DNA of 64,000 nt from Candidatus Zixiibacteriota bacterium (GCA_020051695.1 JAGVQM010000019.1:15221-79220), one strand, 5' to 3'; counted from the first letter of the stretch, positions 38,640 through 47,642 are shown. Notes: generated by a model not told the origin, from the letters alone. Numbers and translations: made by a program.

Positions 38640-39383
38640 CTAGTTAATCAATTGCAACCAATCACTCATGAGATAATCCATGCGGCCGATCAACAGCGAT
38701 AACCGGCTCATGACCGTATACCCGAATGATGCGCCGAACGTGAGCATCAGTGTCCAGATCCCGATTTTGGCCACCCCGCCGAATGCGCCTTTATGTTCCT
38801 TGGAAAAATAAAAATAGATCAGTCCGGAGAGCGTCCCGATGACCAATATTGCCTGAGAAATGGTCGCCCACAAGTCGAGATTCCCGGCGGCATCGTAACG
38901 CTGCAGCGGGCCAGCAGAGGCCCCCAGCTGGAGGATGCCGTTGGAAACAAAGTAATTGATAAAATACAACCCCGCCGTCGCGCCGACCACCACCGCCAGC
39001 GGCCAGCGGGAGATCCACCCCGCTTTGGGAAACAACCGCATCAGCATCAGGACGCCCAGAAGCCCGCCGATCAGCATCATCCACCGGTCATCCCATCCGC
39101 CGCCCTGCACGAACGTCGTGTGATAGGCCGCGCCGACCCCGACGAAGAGCTTGGAATACATATTCTGCCAGAATAATGAGACAAACCAATAGCCGGCGGA
39201 AATTCCCACAAATGCGGCTTCGGAAAACTTGTAATACGGGTTGTCTTTATACAAGAAGGAAAAGATACCGATGGTAAAAAACGCACCCAGGGTCACCGCA
39301 AGGCCCTGGGATGCGGCCAGGATCGCAAAAACGGCGATTCCGACGGCGATAACGATATAGCCGACTACTTTGGTGTTCATCAT
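38640..39383 (-). CDS. cassette protein D (copy 3)
   Basis: FLYKDNPYYKF and YFSKEHKGAFGGVAKIGIWTLMLTFGASFGYTVMSRLSLLIGR. Start ATG overlaps the C3 stop (ATGA). Only 25 nt before the A2 start. Confidence 0.7.
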   Translation of the reverse strand: MMNTKVVGYIVIAVGIAVFAILAASQGLAVTLGAFFTIGIFSFLYKDNPYYKFSEAAFVGISAGYWFVSLFWQNMYSKLFVGVGAAYHTTFVQGGGWDDRWMMLIGGLLGVLMLMRLFPKAGWISRWPLAVVVGATAGLYFINYFVSNGILQLGASAGPLQRYDAAGNLDLWATISQAILVIGTLSGLIYFYFSKEHKGAFGGVAKIGIWTLMLTFGASFGYTVMSRLSLLIGRMDYLMSDWLQLIN

Positions 39384-40237
39384 GTTTGCTTCCGCCGGCC
39401 ACCGGCAAAGTAGGCCACATTACCCACGATGATGAAGAGGATCACGATGATGTGGGCAAATGACTGGGATAACATGAATTTCGTGGCCTTGCCCAGGGTA
39501 CCGGCCAACTCTTCAAATTCCGAAGCGCCCTTGAGGCCGCCCAGAATCCCCCGGAGCTGCCCGCTTTCAAAATAGGGATACGCCAGCGGGGCCTGTACTG
39601 CTGTCGTCCCCCCCAATAATTGTACCCCGAAACGATCAACGCCGAATTGCACCCACTCCACAATACCCGGATATCCGGCGGAGACATTGATCACAAAGTC
39701 GATATTGTTAAAATTCTGCATTCCCTGCATCAGCGGTAACTCGGCGATTGGCGTGCCCCGGAAATCGCGCGGGAATGCCGCGGGAATCGACGAACCCATC
39801 CGCTGGATCACCAATTCATTGCCGGCCTGGAAACCGAGGTTGACCCAGTCGCGGCCATAGGTCAGCGTCTTGCCCTTCCAGATAATCGTTTCTCCGGGCA
39901 CCTCGCCCAGTACGGACTCCAAGGCGGCATTGGCCTGCTGCGGTCCCTGCGGCCACAGTCCCATGATGATCATCTTCAAGTCATGATCGAGGCAATACCG
40001 GATCGCCGTTATCGCCATCGGCTGCAATTCCGGCGCCGAGGGAGGGTCATAATCACAGGGAATGAGCACGCGGGCGCCCGGCTGCAGTCGCGCCAGTTCG
40101 TCAAAACCACGACGCACTTCGTAAGAAATCGTGGTCTTTTGGGAGATATTCAAAAATAACGGCAGGGTGACCGCAACGATGACGAACAGGAAAATAATCC
40201 GCCGGTCGATCTTCATCAATTTGTCCCAAAAACCCAT
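39380..40237 (-). CDS. cassette protein C (copy 3)
   Basis: Start reassigned to MGFWDKLMKIDRRIIFLF (ATG 40237, AGGAA RBS) by alignment with C1 and C2. The ORF-track start at 40426 would overlap B3. Confidence 0.65.
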   Translation of the reverse strand: MGFWDKLMKIDRRIIFLFVIVAVTLPLFLNISQKTTISYEVRRGFDELARLQPGARVLIPCDYDPPSAPELQPMAITAIRYCLDHDLKMIIMGLWPQGPQQANAALESVLGEVPGETIIWKGKTLTYGRDWVNLGFQAGNELVIQRMGSSIPAAFPRDFRGTPIAELPLMQGMQNFNNIDFVINVSAGYPGIVEWVQFGVDRFGVQLLGGTTAVQAPLAYPYFESGQLRGILGGLKGASEFEELAGTLGKATKFMLSQSFAHIIVILFIIVGNVAYFAGGRRKQT

Positions 40238-40254
40238 GCCGTTCCTGCCTGTCA

Positions 40255-40917
40255 TCAATCGCCGCTGACAAATGTCCGTTCGATCCCCAGAATAATCCGC
40301 AATGATGTCGACATGATCCCCAGCGCGATGCCGATCATGATCGCCCGCTGCCCGGCGGTGTTGGGGATGTTCATCACCCAATCGGCCCAGTTGGACAACC
40401 ACAGCCAGTGGGGCAACTGCAACCATTCTTTGGTGATCATATCACCGACCGGCACCCGCCCCAGCATCACAAAAAATGCAGCCAACAGCAGCATCGTCGC
40501 TTCCTTGTTGCGGGCGCGGAAGGCCCGATAGGAAGCCGAGGCCACGAAAAAACCGAGAAGGGCAAACATCGTGGAGGACAGCGGATCATAGACATTATCA
40601 TAAATGAACATGAACCGCGTACCGGGCTCCTGAAAATTCGCTCCTCTGGAGAAAAAGATGCCGACGATAAATATTGCGGCAAAACCGATAATCGTCACCA
40701 GTGAATACATCCAGTCTTTCTTGCGCCGGGCAACCTTGAGCAACGACAATTTCATCAAGTTCAGCGCACCCAGCCAGATGGCAAAGGCCTGAATGATCCC
40801 AAACCAGTCGGAAAACCAGTCGGAAAACCGGGAAACCGGTTCGTGCGGCACGAAATATTGGAAGATGTACATGATCCCCACCACCGCAGTGATGATCAAT
40901 GGAACTTCACGCTTCAT
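40255..40917 (-). CDS. cassette protein B (copy 3)
   Basis: 'STMFALLGFFVASASYRAFRARNKEAT' and 'IPNTAGQRAIMIGIALGIMSTSLRIILGIERTFV'. Confidence 0.7.
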   Translation of the reverse strand: MKREVPLIITAVVGIMYIFQYFVPHEPVSRFSDWFSDWFGIIQAFAIWLGALNLMKLSLLKVARRKKDWMYSLVTIIGFAAIFIVGIFFSRGANFQEPGTRFMFIYDNVYDPLSSTMFALLGFFVASASYRAFRARNKEATMLLLAAFFVMLGRVPVGDMITKEWLQLPHWLWLSNWADWVMNIPNTAGQRAIMIGIALGIMSTSLRIILGIERTFVSGD

Positions 40918-40950
40918 CTTCGCTCAAACCCTTCCCGTCTCCCCACGACG

Positions 40951-42225
40951 CTACACCTGGAACCACCCGGAAATATCCGCAATCTTAAATGTTCCCAGGA
41001 GCAAACCTGCGACAGCCGCGATCAAGATCAGTACTTTGGCCACGTCCTGACCCTTGACGCTGCCCAGTAATTTCGGTTCTTTCGACAGATAGGCCGAGGC
41101 GGCAAAAAGCTCTTCGCCAATTAATGTATAGTCGCAGGCCGCCACAAAAAACGGCAATTGAGAGGCATTCGCGGTGCCCGCGATCTGAATCGCACCGATC
41201 GCATTGCCGGTTTCGGCCATAATTAACGACTCGGCGTAAAACGCGCCCATATAGAAAATCGTCGCCGGTTTCTCGCGGACAAACAAGCCGTCCAGCGCAG
41301 CGGCATAACCGAACTGGTCATCGGTAAGATAACGCACGATGTCTTCGTTGAACGCATCCGGCCGGCCGACGTTCAAATAGGCCTCCTTCACCACCTCGCG
41401 GGAGGTGATCATCACCAGTGAACGCGAAACCGGAACATCCAATTGCGCATCGTACTCCGCGGCCAGTTTGGCGATCCGCCCCAGGATGGTCACCCCAGCC
41501 AGGGTCTGGACATTATCCATATCCTGTGTCCCGGGGATATACACCAGCTTGCGGCCCATTTCGGTGGCGCGCCCGACCGCCTGTTCGACTTCCGCCAGAC
41601 CGGCGATAGGCCGGACGTACAAATCCTTGCCCTTCTTGGCCACATTGATAAACCACAAAATCGAAATTCCGATTACCAGCACCCAGGGCAAAATCCGTGC
41701 GGTGCGAATGATATGAAACCACTGGCCGGAGGCTTTCGCGGCCCCGGAGAGCGGCGAAGCCACGCCGGCAAACAGTTTTTCCCCGGCCGGAGTGAACTTG
41801 CCGGCCAGGGCGGCCACCTTATAGTAATAATTTACCCCGTTGTCGACCTGGCCGTCGGTGAGCGTGGTCATTCCGGCGGTCGCGGAACCAACGGTATCAA
41901 ACGGCCCGTCGGGCGAAGTCGAACGCAAGATAATATACTTGGTGACATTTCTGCGGCCGGCAACATCATCGGCGGACAGTTCCCAACTGATAGTAATCGA
42001 TTTCCCGGCGTCATCAGGGGTATCCTGGGCTTCGACCGAGACAACCGGCGCCGGGGCTTCGAGTTGGGGCGGAGTTTCAGCCACAACGACCGTGGTCGAG
42101 TCGACGGGAGCATCCTGTGCCCAGGCAGGCGATGCCGCGCCACATACAGGAAAGACCAGCAGGAACAGGGAGATGGACAACGCTTTTTTCATCATCAGCA
42201 GTTCCTGCACAAAAAAAATCCCCAC
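40951..42225 (-). CDS. cassette protein A (copy 3)
   Basis: Signal peptide (MMKKALSISLFLLVFPVCGAASPAWA; true start may be M11 or M12), Fn3-like 'ITISWELSADDVAGRRNVTKYIILRS', TM, 'GRATEMGRKLVYIPG...AESLIMAETG...QLPFFVAACDYTLIGEELFAASAYL'. Confidence 0.7.
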   Translation of the reverse strand: MGIFFVQELLMMKKALSISLFLLVFPVCGAASPAWAQDAPVDSTTVVVAETPPQLEAPAPVVSVEAQDTPDDAGKSITISWELSADDVAGRRNVTKYIILRSTSPDGPFDTVGSATAGMTTLTDGQVDNGVNYYYKVAALAGKFTPAGEKLFAGVASPLSGAAKASGQWFHIIRTARILPWVLVIGISILWFINVAKKGKDLYVRPIAGLAEVEQAVGRATEMGRKLVYIPGTQDMDNVQTLAGVTILGRIAKLAAEYDAQLDVPVSRSLVMITSREVVKEAYLNVGRPDAFNEDIVRYLTDDQFGYAAALDGLFVREKPATIFYMGAFYAESLIMAETGNAIGAIQIAGTANASQLPFFVAACDYTLIGEELFAASAYLSKEPKLLGSVKGQDVAKVLILIAAVAGLLLGTFKIADISGWFQV

Positions 42226-42353
42226 CTGCTTTGAGGTGAGGTCCTATTCATCGACGAGACTGGGTTCCCGGACAATGACTTGTTCTGCGTTTCCCGTCTC
42301 TCATAACCGTCACTATTATCCCATCCCCATCCCGCACACTCACAAGTGATAGA

Positions 42354-42382
42354 ATATACCCCCCGCATATACCGCCTGTCAA
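42354..42382 (-). promoter_or_regulatory. putative sigma70 promoter for the 8-gene cassette array (TTGACA-17-GTATAT/TATATT)
   Basis: On the minus strand, cTTGACAggcggtatatgcgggggGTATATTct, ~120 nt upstream of the A3 start, in the divergent intergenic region. Confidence 0.4.
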
Positions 42383-42515
42383 GGCAATTATTCCCCGGAG
42401 AACCAATCAACGGCGGCTCTGCTGGCCGCTGATCAGTGCGGTGCATTTATCGAAAAACCTGTTGACATCCGGCCCCGTGCCCGCTTGCTCTAGGGGAAAG
42501 GATAGAGCGCAACTG

Positions 42516-43184
42516 ATGGCCGCGACACAAAAAATCGACGTCTACGAACAAGCCCTGGAGCTGGTCCGGCAACTTCATGCGGTGAACAAATATGAGGTGG
42601 ATGAGGAGGTGGCCGAGTGGCTGGCCAGCGAATCGGAAATCAACGCTGATTCCCCCAGCGGGCAATTCAACAGGATCATCGGCAGAATTTACGAGGGCAT
42701 GTTCAACGGCATTCAATCCATGCGGGAAATCGGGCCGGAATTGCTGTGGGGCCGCGCGCAGGACAAAGTCCGGGGCGAATCATATCATGCGCCGGACACT
42801 GCACAAAAGGAAAAAATACCGATCATCCACTGGCGGCTGCTGCGATTGTACTGGATGGTCCGGCTGGCCGCCGAGGAGTTGATCGAGCAAAAACCCCGCA
42901 CCCGGCTGGGCAAAGTCTTAATCGAAGTCGAGCACGACCTGCGCGAGGCGTTTGTCGAAACAAAAGAAGGCGTCAAGCTCCCGCTGGCCATGCGCCGCAA
43001 GAAACAGTGGGACCTGCTGGCCGATTTCGGCATGGGGCTGACGGTCGACCAGATTTACGATCTGCGCCCGCCGCGCTATGTCATCCACTGGAACACCGGC
43101 GAAAAGTTGTGGCTGGGAATAATCGTCGGAATCGTGATCGGTTTCGTGCTGGGGGTAATGCTGCTGTGGCCGTCGGGGCAGTAG
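42516..43184 (+). CDS. hypothetical tail-anchored protein, divergently transcribed from the cassette array
   Basis: Start at ATG 42516 (MAATQKID). Soluble helical ~190-aa domain followed by a single C-terminal TM (LWLGIIVGIVIGFVLGVMLLW). Confidence 0.45.
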   Translation: MAATQKIDVYEQALELVRQLHAVNKYEVDEEVAEWLASESEINADSPSGQFNRIIGRIYEGMFNGIQSMREIGPELLWGRAQDKVRGESYHAPDTAQKEKIPIIHWRLLRLYWMVRLAAEELIEQKPRTRLGKVLIEVEHDLREAFVETKEGVKLPLAMRRKKQWDLLADFGMGLTVDQIYDLRPPRYVIHWNTGEKLWLGIIVGIVIGFVLGVMLLWPSGQ

Positions 43185-43198
43185 CGCTTGCGCTGCTC

Positions 43199-46138
43199 CT
43201 ATAATTCTCCGTTGGCGTCGGTTTTAATGATGCTGAAATCAGCAGATGTGGCACCATGAGCGGTCATCCACCCGCTGATGATCAGACCACCATCGGGAGC
43301 TTCAATGACACCGGTGGCCCCATCACTTTCGGAATCACCGATGGTCCGTTCCCACAGGATCGTCGCAGTCGGACTTATTTTTGCCACGTACATATCGCTT
43401 TTGCCTGCGCCAAACGATTTAGTAGAACCAACAACAACAAAATTGCCATCCGAAACCGCAATGATCTTTGAAATCGCATCATCATTGCCGCCACCCAGAT
43501 AGAGTTCGTTGCGTTTATTGCCCAACGAATCAATCCATATTACATAACCATCTTTCATTCCGAAATACGATGCCTGGGTCCATCCGGCAATTACGTAATC
43601 ATCGATTCCATATTGAATCAGCGATTCGCCACTGTCATTGTAATAGTAGGCCCCCTGACCGTAATCTCTGCCCCACAAGTTTTTACCCTGCGCATCAGTC
43701 TTGGTAACAAACAAACCGACGCCAGCTATCATCAACCCGGTATCATGACACTGAATCACCGCATTGCCGCCATAGCCCGAATATTGCCTTTTCCAGGTTT
43801 CCTGTCCGATGGCATCAGTTTTGAACAAGAATGCTGCGGGGTTGCCTCCGACGGAGCCAGACAGAACATACCCACCGTCTGATGTTGCTGCGACAGATCG
43901 GCTGCCAGCCACCACCGTGGCACCGTCAACATAATGAAGGCGTTCCCAACCAATTGAACCGAAATCATCGATTCTGGCGATTACAACTCTGGTATCCCAT
44001 ACTAATCCCCCGCGTTCCCCCGATTCTCCGGCCGCGATATATCCACCATCCCATGCCGGGATTATTGAAAAGAGGTAATCGTCATAATCCGGTCCATGGC
44101 CAAAAACCCGTTCCCATGCCACTGTACCATCGGCGTTGACTTTAGTCGCGTAAAAATCAGAAGTCGACTGCGGTGAATAACTTGGACTCCAATAGGCAAC
44201 GCCATTTGGAATTGTGCCGACCGCCACCGCGCCACCCTCAGGGGTTAAAGTAATTGAGCGTGCTGCTTTCCTGCCAGTGCCTCCGATAATAGTATACCAA
44301 GTATTGGATAACGTTGTTGTTTTCGCCTCTGCCACATTGGAAAGTCCAGACCAATTTCCCGAAGTATCCGCCGTCTTCAGCGCTAAAAAATAATTCAATC
44401 CTGGAGTTAATCCGATTATCTCAAATGATTCCGCTTCGTGTACAGGTTTCGCAGGCCGTAATCCTTCTGCCGGAATCCCCTCACTCCATGTATCATCTGT
44501 AATCGGTGACGTTGCATAGCGCATGTCGTATTGAGCTGCCTGCCCCAAAAGACTATCGTCACCCGACGCGTTCCAAATCAAGGTCACCGAATTATGGCTG
44601 ACGGTTTGCGGGTACAGGTTCGTTATTGCTGCCGGAGGGATTGTGTCTGTTCCAGGTCGGGCGATTCCCAGCACATCATTCGAGAGAGGGGACCAATTCT
44701 GGACCTCATCCGCAGTTTTTATGGCAAAATGATAGGCGGTGTTTTTCGTCAAACCCGTTACCATGAGTGTTTCCGGGGAACCACTTGATAGAGGCAACGT
44801 AACACCGGGATAGGAATATAGTGCTCTGAAATTAGTTTCATTAATTACTGAAGTCGAGTATCGAAGATCGTATAAACTAGCCGTTCCCACATCGCCATCA
44901 TCTCCCGGCGCCGTCCAACTCAAGGTCAGCGATGTCAATGATGAATCGATAATCCGCAAATCAATGATTGCCCCCGGCGGCGTCCGGTCGATGCTCGCTG
45001 TCCGCGCCGCCAGTACGTTGGACATCGTCGACCAGTTCAGCATTTCGTCGCCGGTTTTCAGGGCAATATAATATTCAGTTTCACTCTGCAAACCGGAAAT
45101 CCTGATTGTGTCACCAGTTCCGGCGAACGATGGTTTCGGCAGATTTGGCGCGATTTGTGCATCGGGAAAATTCACTTCGTTCATCAGCCGGGGAGAATAA
45201 CGAATATCATAAAACGACGCTCGTCCCAGCGTGTCGTCATCACCCGGCGCCGTCCAGATCAACAAAAGAGAAGTGCTCGTCGTATCCAGAACTCTCAGAT
45301 CAGCAATCGGTCCCGGAGGCGTGGTATCGGCCGCCGTGGCGCCGATGATGACATTAGACATTGCCGACCAGTTCGGGACTTCATCGGCGGTTTTAATTGC
45401 AAAACAATAATTTTCGTTCGTGTCCAGGTCATAGAAAGTATACTGCTGCGTGCTGTCCGCCAGCCAGGGTGTCGGTGGATCGGCAACCTGTTTCGCATGA
45501 ATAAAATATTCGTCGGTAATCAGCGTGGTCGGTGAATAACGGATATCATATGCTGCGGCAGTCCCCGCCGAGCCGTCATCGCCGGGCACGGTCCAGCTTA
45601 ATTCAATGAAGGTATATCCGGCGTCAGTCACCCGCAAATCGGCAATTGCTGCCGGGGGGACAGTATCCAGGACAGCTTCTGTCGTGCCGGTGGCGATATT
45701 GGAGATCGCCGACCAGTTGGGCACTTCATCAGCCGCCTTGATCCCAAAATAATATGTTGTGTCCGGCAACAGCCCGAGGACCAGCATCGTCTCCGGCGTC
45801 CCCGCTTCCTGCGGGATCGGCAGACTGAACGGCTGCAGCGCCGAATCCCAGGTGGAATCGGTCAGGACGATGGAATGAAATCGGATATCATATTGGGCCG
45901 CCGTGCCGTTGGCGTCATCATCCCCGGGCGCGGTCCAGGTCAGCACCAGCGAACTGTCAGTGGGATTGATCGCCGCAAGATCGGTAATTTGTGCCGGGGG
46001 TGTGCTGTCGGGAATACCGGTGCCCTTGTCGGTTTTTTCCACGCCGCAGGACAAGACAAGCACGACGATCAAACCGGCGCCAATCAACGACTTTCGCAGT
46101 CGCATCCCCACCTCCCGCCGAGCGCAAGTGTCCGGCAT
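43199..46138 (-). CDS. large cell-surface lipoprotein: five tandem Fn3-like repeats + C-terminal β-propeller-like repeat domain
   Basis: Signal peptide with lipobox-like 'LVLSCG' (alternative start MRLRKSL at 46105). Five ~100-aa repeats each containing 'PPxxIxDL...LxWTAPGDDxxxGxAxxYDIRYS...YYFAIKTADEVxNWS'. C-terminal ~350 aa of ~45-aa repeats (DGGYIAAG / DGGYVLSG / DGNFVVVGS...W.R). Confidence 0.65.
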   Translation of the reverse strand: MPDTCARREVGMRLRKSLIGAGLIVVLVLSCGVEKTDKGTGIPDSTPPAQITDLAAINPTDSSLVLTWTAPGDDDANGTAAQYDIRFHSIVLTDSTWDSALQPFSLPIPQEAGTPETMLVLGLLPDTTYYFGIKAADEVPNWSAISNIATGTTEAVLDTVPPAAIADLRVTDAGYTFIELSWTVPGDDGSAGTAAAYDIRYSPTTLITDEYFIHAKQVADPPTPWLADSTQQYTFYDLDTNENYCFAIKTADEVPNWSAMSNVIIGATAADTTPPGPIADLRVLDTTSTSLLLIWTAPGDDDTLGRASFYDIRYSPRLMNEVNFPDAQIAPNLPKPSFAGTGDTIRISGLQSETEYYIALKTGDEMLNWSTMSNVLAARTASIDRTPPGAIIDLRIIDSSLTSLTLSWTAPGDDGDVGTASLYDLRYSTSVINETNFRALYSYPGVTLPLSSGSPETLMVTGLTKNTAYHFAIKTADEVQNWSPLSNDVLGIARPGTDTIPPAAITNLYPQTVSHNSVTLIWNASGDDSLLGQAAQYDMRYATSPITDDTWSEGIPAEGLRPAKPVHEAESFEIIGLTPGLNYFLALKTADTSGNWSGLSNVAEAKTTTLSNTWYTIIGGTGRKAARSITLTPEGGAVAVGTIPNGVAYWSPSYSPQSTSDFYATKVNADGTVAWERVFGHGPDYDDYLFSIIPAWDGGYIAAGESGERGGLVWDTRVVIARIDDFGSIGWERLHYVDGATVVAGSRSVAATSDGGYVLSGSVGGNPAAFLFKTDAIGQETWKRQYSGYGGNAVIQCHDTGLMIAGVGLFVTKTDAQGKNLWGRDYGQGAYYYNDSGESLIQYGIDDYVIAGWTQASYFGMKDGYVIWIDSLGNKRNELYLGGGNDDAISKIIAVSDGNFVVVGSTKSFGAGKSDMYVAKISPTATILWERTIGDSESDGATGVIEAPDGGLIISGWMTAHGATSADFSIIKTDANGEL

Positions 46139-46202
46139 TACTACGATTCACTAGTAATAATACTACATGAATCGGGGGTGTCAACAAAAATCCAGGCGCC
46201 GA

Positions 46203-47642
46203 TTACTCGATTTCCAGCCGCCAGGGCAGCACATACCAAATACGTTCGTCATTCAACGCCGATATTTCAGCAGCCACATCGTCCGCCCGATAACCGAACA
46301 GCCAACCCGGCAACCGGATCGGCGGGGCGGCAAACCACGGGGCACGGGGCAGGAGTCTGACTTCGTAGTTATTGCGGTCGATCCCCGCCAGTTGCGCCGC
46401 CGAGGCGATGGCCCGCTGCAGCCCACCGTATTCATCGATTAAGCCGAGGTCCTTGGCCGCTTTGCCGGTCCAGACCCGGCCCTGCGCCGCGTGCTCAGTC
46501 TCTTCGTGCTCCAGCCGGCGGCCCTTCGCCACCACCTCGATGAAATTATCATATAACAGATGGACCTGTTGGCGCAGTATCTCTCGTTCCTGCTCGGAAA
46601 ACGGCCTGCTCATGCTGTACATGTCGGCGTGCGCACCACGGGTGGAGGTTTCTTTGTCGATGCCGATTTTTTCGTACAACCCGGCCAGGTTGATTTTGCC
46701 GTAATACACGCCGATTGAACCGGTGATTGTCGCGGGCGAGGCAAAGACCGAATCAGCAGCGCAGCCGATATAGTAGCCGCCCGAGGCCGCGACATCGGCC
46801 ATCGAAACGACCAGCGGCTTTTTGTCCCGGGCCAACTCCAGTTCGCGTTTGATCAGGTCGGCGGAGATGCCCGACCCGCCGGGCGAATTGATGCGCAGGA
46901 CAATGGCCTTGACATCCCGGTCGTTGCGCGCCTCACGAAGGGCTGCAACCATGGTTTGTGCCCCCAGCACCTCGCCGGCCAACAGGTCATCACGGTCCGT
47001 ACCCGGCAGCATCGTGCCCTCGGCAACGATCACGGCGACTTTGGGGATCGGTCCCCAGGCCGTGCGGTGGTATGACCGGTCGGCCAGCGCAGCAAAATCG
47101 ACGCGCGCGGCCCCCCGGGAAATTTTATCCTCGATGATTTGGCCCAGCTCATCTTCGTAGGCAATCTGGTCGACCAGCCCGGCGCGCTCTGCGTCCACAC
47201 TCACCAGCGGACCGCCGTCGATCAATTCCCGCACACGGTCCGGGGACAAGTCGCGGTCGGCGGCAACGGTCGTGACCAATTCCATAAAGATGTCGTCCAG
47301 CAGCGCTTCCCGGGCTTCACGGGCCGGTTCGGACAACGAGGTGCGGGAATATGTCTCGACCGCGCTTTTATATTCGCCCACCCGTTCGTATTCGAACTCG
47401 ATGCCGAGCTTGTCCATCAAATCCGTATAGAACGTTGCCTCTGCGCGCAGACCATCGAGATTGACCGTCGACACCGGTGGGCAAACCAGCCAATCGGCCG
47501 CACACGCCAGGTAATACTCGCCGTCGGACGGCGACGAGGAAAAATACACGACGACCGGTTTGCCCTGGGACTGAATCTGCCGAATTGCCGTGCGCAGTTC
47601 ATCCAGCCGCGCCCAGCCAACGTGCAGGTCATCCAAACGCAA
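46203..47642 (-). CDS. sppA: signal peptide peptidase SppA (S49 family, two-domain type)
   Basis: Two S49 repeats. Second carries 'SPGGSGISADLI' and 'VVSMADVAASGGYYIGCAAD'. No obvious N-terminal TM in the ORF as called (TTG start). Confidence 0.75.
   Translation of the reverse strand: MRLDDLHVGWARLDELRTAIRQIQSQGKPVVVYFSSSPSDGEYYLACAADWLVCPPVSTVNLDGLRAEATFYTDLMDKLGIEFEYERVGEYKSAVETYSRTSLSEPAREAREALLDDIFMELVTTVAADRDLSPDRVRELIDGGPLVSVDAERAGLVDQIAYEDELGQIIEDKISRGAARVDFAALADRSYHRTAWGPIPKVAVIVAEGTMLPGTDRDDLLAGEVLGAQTMVAALREARNDRDVKAIVLRINSPGGSGISADLIKRELELARDKKPLVVSMADVAASGGYYIGCAADSVFASPATITGSIGVYYGKINLAGLYEKIGIDKETSTRGAHADMYSMSRPFSEQEREILRQQVHLLYDNFIEVVAKGRRLEHEETEHAAQGRVWTGKAAKDLGLIDEYGGLQRAIASAAQLAGIDRNNYEVRLLPRAPWFAAPPIRLPGWLFGYRADDVAAEISALNDERIWYVLPWRLEIE

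Noticed and set aside
41443-42234. 263-aa + strand ORF inside cassette gene A3
   Set aside because: Antisense to a conserved gene. Gly/Arg/His-rich low complexity.
45155-45535. Several 60-160-aa ORFs on the + strand across 43256-46360
   Set aside because: All lie antisense to the 979-aa Fn3 lipoprotein gene, whose repeat structure confirms the minus-strand frame.
43199-46138. Five-fold ~300-nt periodicity in the DNA, considered as a tandem DNA repeat or mobile element
   Set aside because: Repeats are only ~40-50% identical at the protein level and are in-frame Fn3 domains of one long ORF. This is protein-domain repetition, not a DNA repeat array or CRISPR.
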